In this document: positions 62,833-64,000 of the stretch, in pieces
How the letters are laid out: every line of letters starts with the position of its first letter
Numbering within the stretch: position 1 is the stretch's first letter
Origin: an uncultured Gemmatimonadaceae bacterium
GTDB lineage: Bacteria; Gemmatimonadota; Gemmatimonadetes; Gemmatimonadales; Gemmatimonadaceae
Direction of reading: 5' to 3'
NCBI GenBank assembly: GCA_963829055.1
Contig: CAWHHI010000008.1
Location: 352,001-416,000, forward strand
DNA: 64,000 bases
The notes under the pieces: generated by a model
What the model saw: only the letters and a program-made list of their open reading frames with translations
Database searches by the model: none
Told to the model about the DNA's origin: nothing
Program-made: the position numbers and the translations under genes

Positions 62833-64000
62833 TCAATGCTTCCTTGTGTTGGCCGATTCCGCCGGTGCTTCATTCGGCGGCTCGAGCGTTATCGTCCGGT
62901 TGGGCAGGCCGAGCTCACGGATCCGCCTGAGGATCGGTGCCTGGCTGATGAGAGATCCGATCACAATGGGCACCTGAAATCGTCGGAGCTGTTCCGGTGA
63001 GATGACGGGAATCCCGCCAAGCGTCCGCCCATGGTACCGCGGGTTCGAATCGGCGATCGCGAGAACCTTCGCGCCGCCTAACGGCGGCATTCGCGAGCAG
63101 CGTGAGCGTCGTCTGCCCTGCGCCCCAGATGACTATTTCCGGAACGCTCGCCAGCTCGCGCTCGAGATGCTCGGACTGTTCAGCCAACAAGCGCGACGAC
63201 GCCGCGATGTAGTCGTTCACCGCACCCCCGAGCGCCGTGTCCCGAACAGCCGTCACCGGGCCGCGCTGCGCTGCGCGTCCGATGGCCCACACGGCCGGGT
63301 ATTTCGCTGTGGACGACGCGTTGATGGTCTTCTGTTCGACATGCTCGACCTCGAACCCGGCCGCGCGCAGCGCGTTCGCCAGCGAGACGGCCGAGAAGTG
63401 GTTGATGTGCTCGACGTTGAAGTCCTGAAAGGGTGCGACGAGATAGTCCGTATACCTGGAAGCGTCCGGCACCTCCACGTACACCGTTCCGCCGTCGCGC
63501 ACGACATGCCTCAACGTCCGTAACGCGGTTGGAACGTCGCGGACGTGCTCGAGCACGTGCGAGAGAATTGCACAATCGGCGCCGCGTACCGCTTCCGGAA
63601 CCTGAAAAATAGTACCCGCGTGGCCAGTGACCCCGGGAATCCTCCCAACCGTCTCGGCGCACGCTGGCGACGGGTCCACGCCATGCAACTCGGCATACCC
63701 GAGAGCGGCCAGTTCCGCCAGCAGGCCGCCGTTCCCGCATCCGATGTCCACGATGCGACGACGCGTGTCACCCAAGGCTCCGGCGATGTCGATGGCCGTC
63801 TGCCTCAGCCGATCGCGATCCCATTGTTGCTCGCCGCCGCCTGTACCGGTTGTGGCGTCGGAGTACTTGGAGAGATCCGCGTAGTAGCGATCGTAGTCGG
63901 CCTGCGTCGATGGCGTGTCCGCATGCACGGAACCGCACTCGACGCATCTGACCACGTCGTACGTTTTCGCGAGCGGATGGTCGTCGGGCAACAGAAATCG
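62833..64000 (-). CDS. Class I SAM methyltransferase, paralog of 31819..33024; 5' end outside window
   Basis: YDVVRCVEC, VDIGCGNG, SHVLEHV, YVEVP, APFQDFNVEHINHF, IWGAG..ADSN. Confidence 0.87.

Overview
High-GC bacterial DNA (roughly two-thirds GC by eye). Gene style (BlaI plus M56-TonB fusion, tad locus layout) suggests Gemmatimonadota, which is inference only. Many genes, including conserved suf genes, are broken by single-base indels that look like long-read errors, so several boundaries are stitched by hand and approximate. Content in order: a complete Tad/Flp pilus locus (minus strand, 0.9-13 kb) flanked on both sides by GT87-like (GT-C fold) membrane glycosyltransferases; blaI/M56; an orphan second cpaB; a sufR-sufBCDS-Rieske-sufU operon carrying small palindromic elements; then about 39 kb of glycan genes. 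The glycan region holds two paralogous ThDP-enzyme/NeuB-like/methyltransferase modules, two GtrB-like GT2s, two flippase-like genes, further GT-C genes, an integrase remnant and a hidden third Flp-like ORF. Top observations: (1) the non-palindromic octamer CGTTAGGC occurs about 37 times by hand count (49 counting the 7-mer core), on both strands and in all six frames, like a DNA-uptake or HIP1-type signal; (2) Flp pilin genes are linked twice to GT87-like genes, suggesting a lipid-linked-sugar pilin glycosylation system; (3) a palindromic repeat sits in frame at the start of the Rieske ferredoxin gene.
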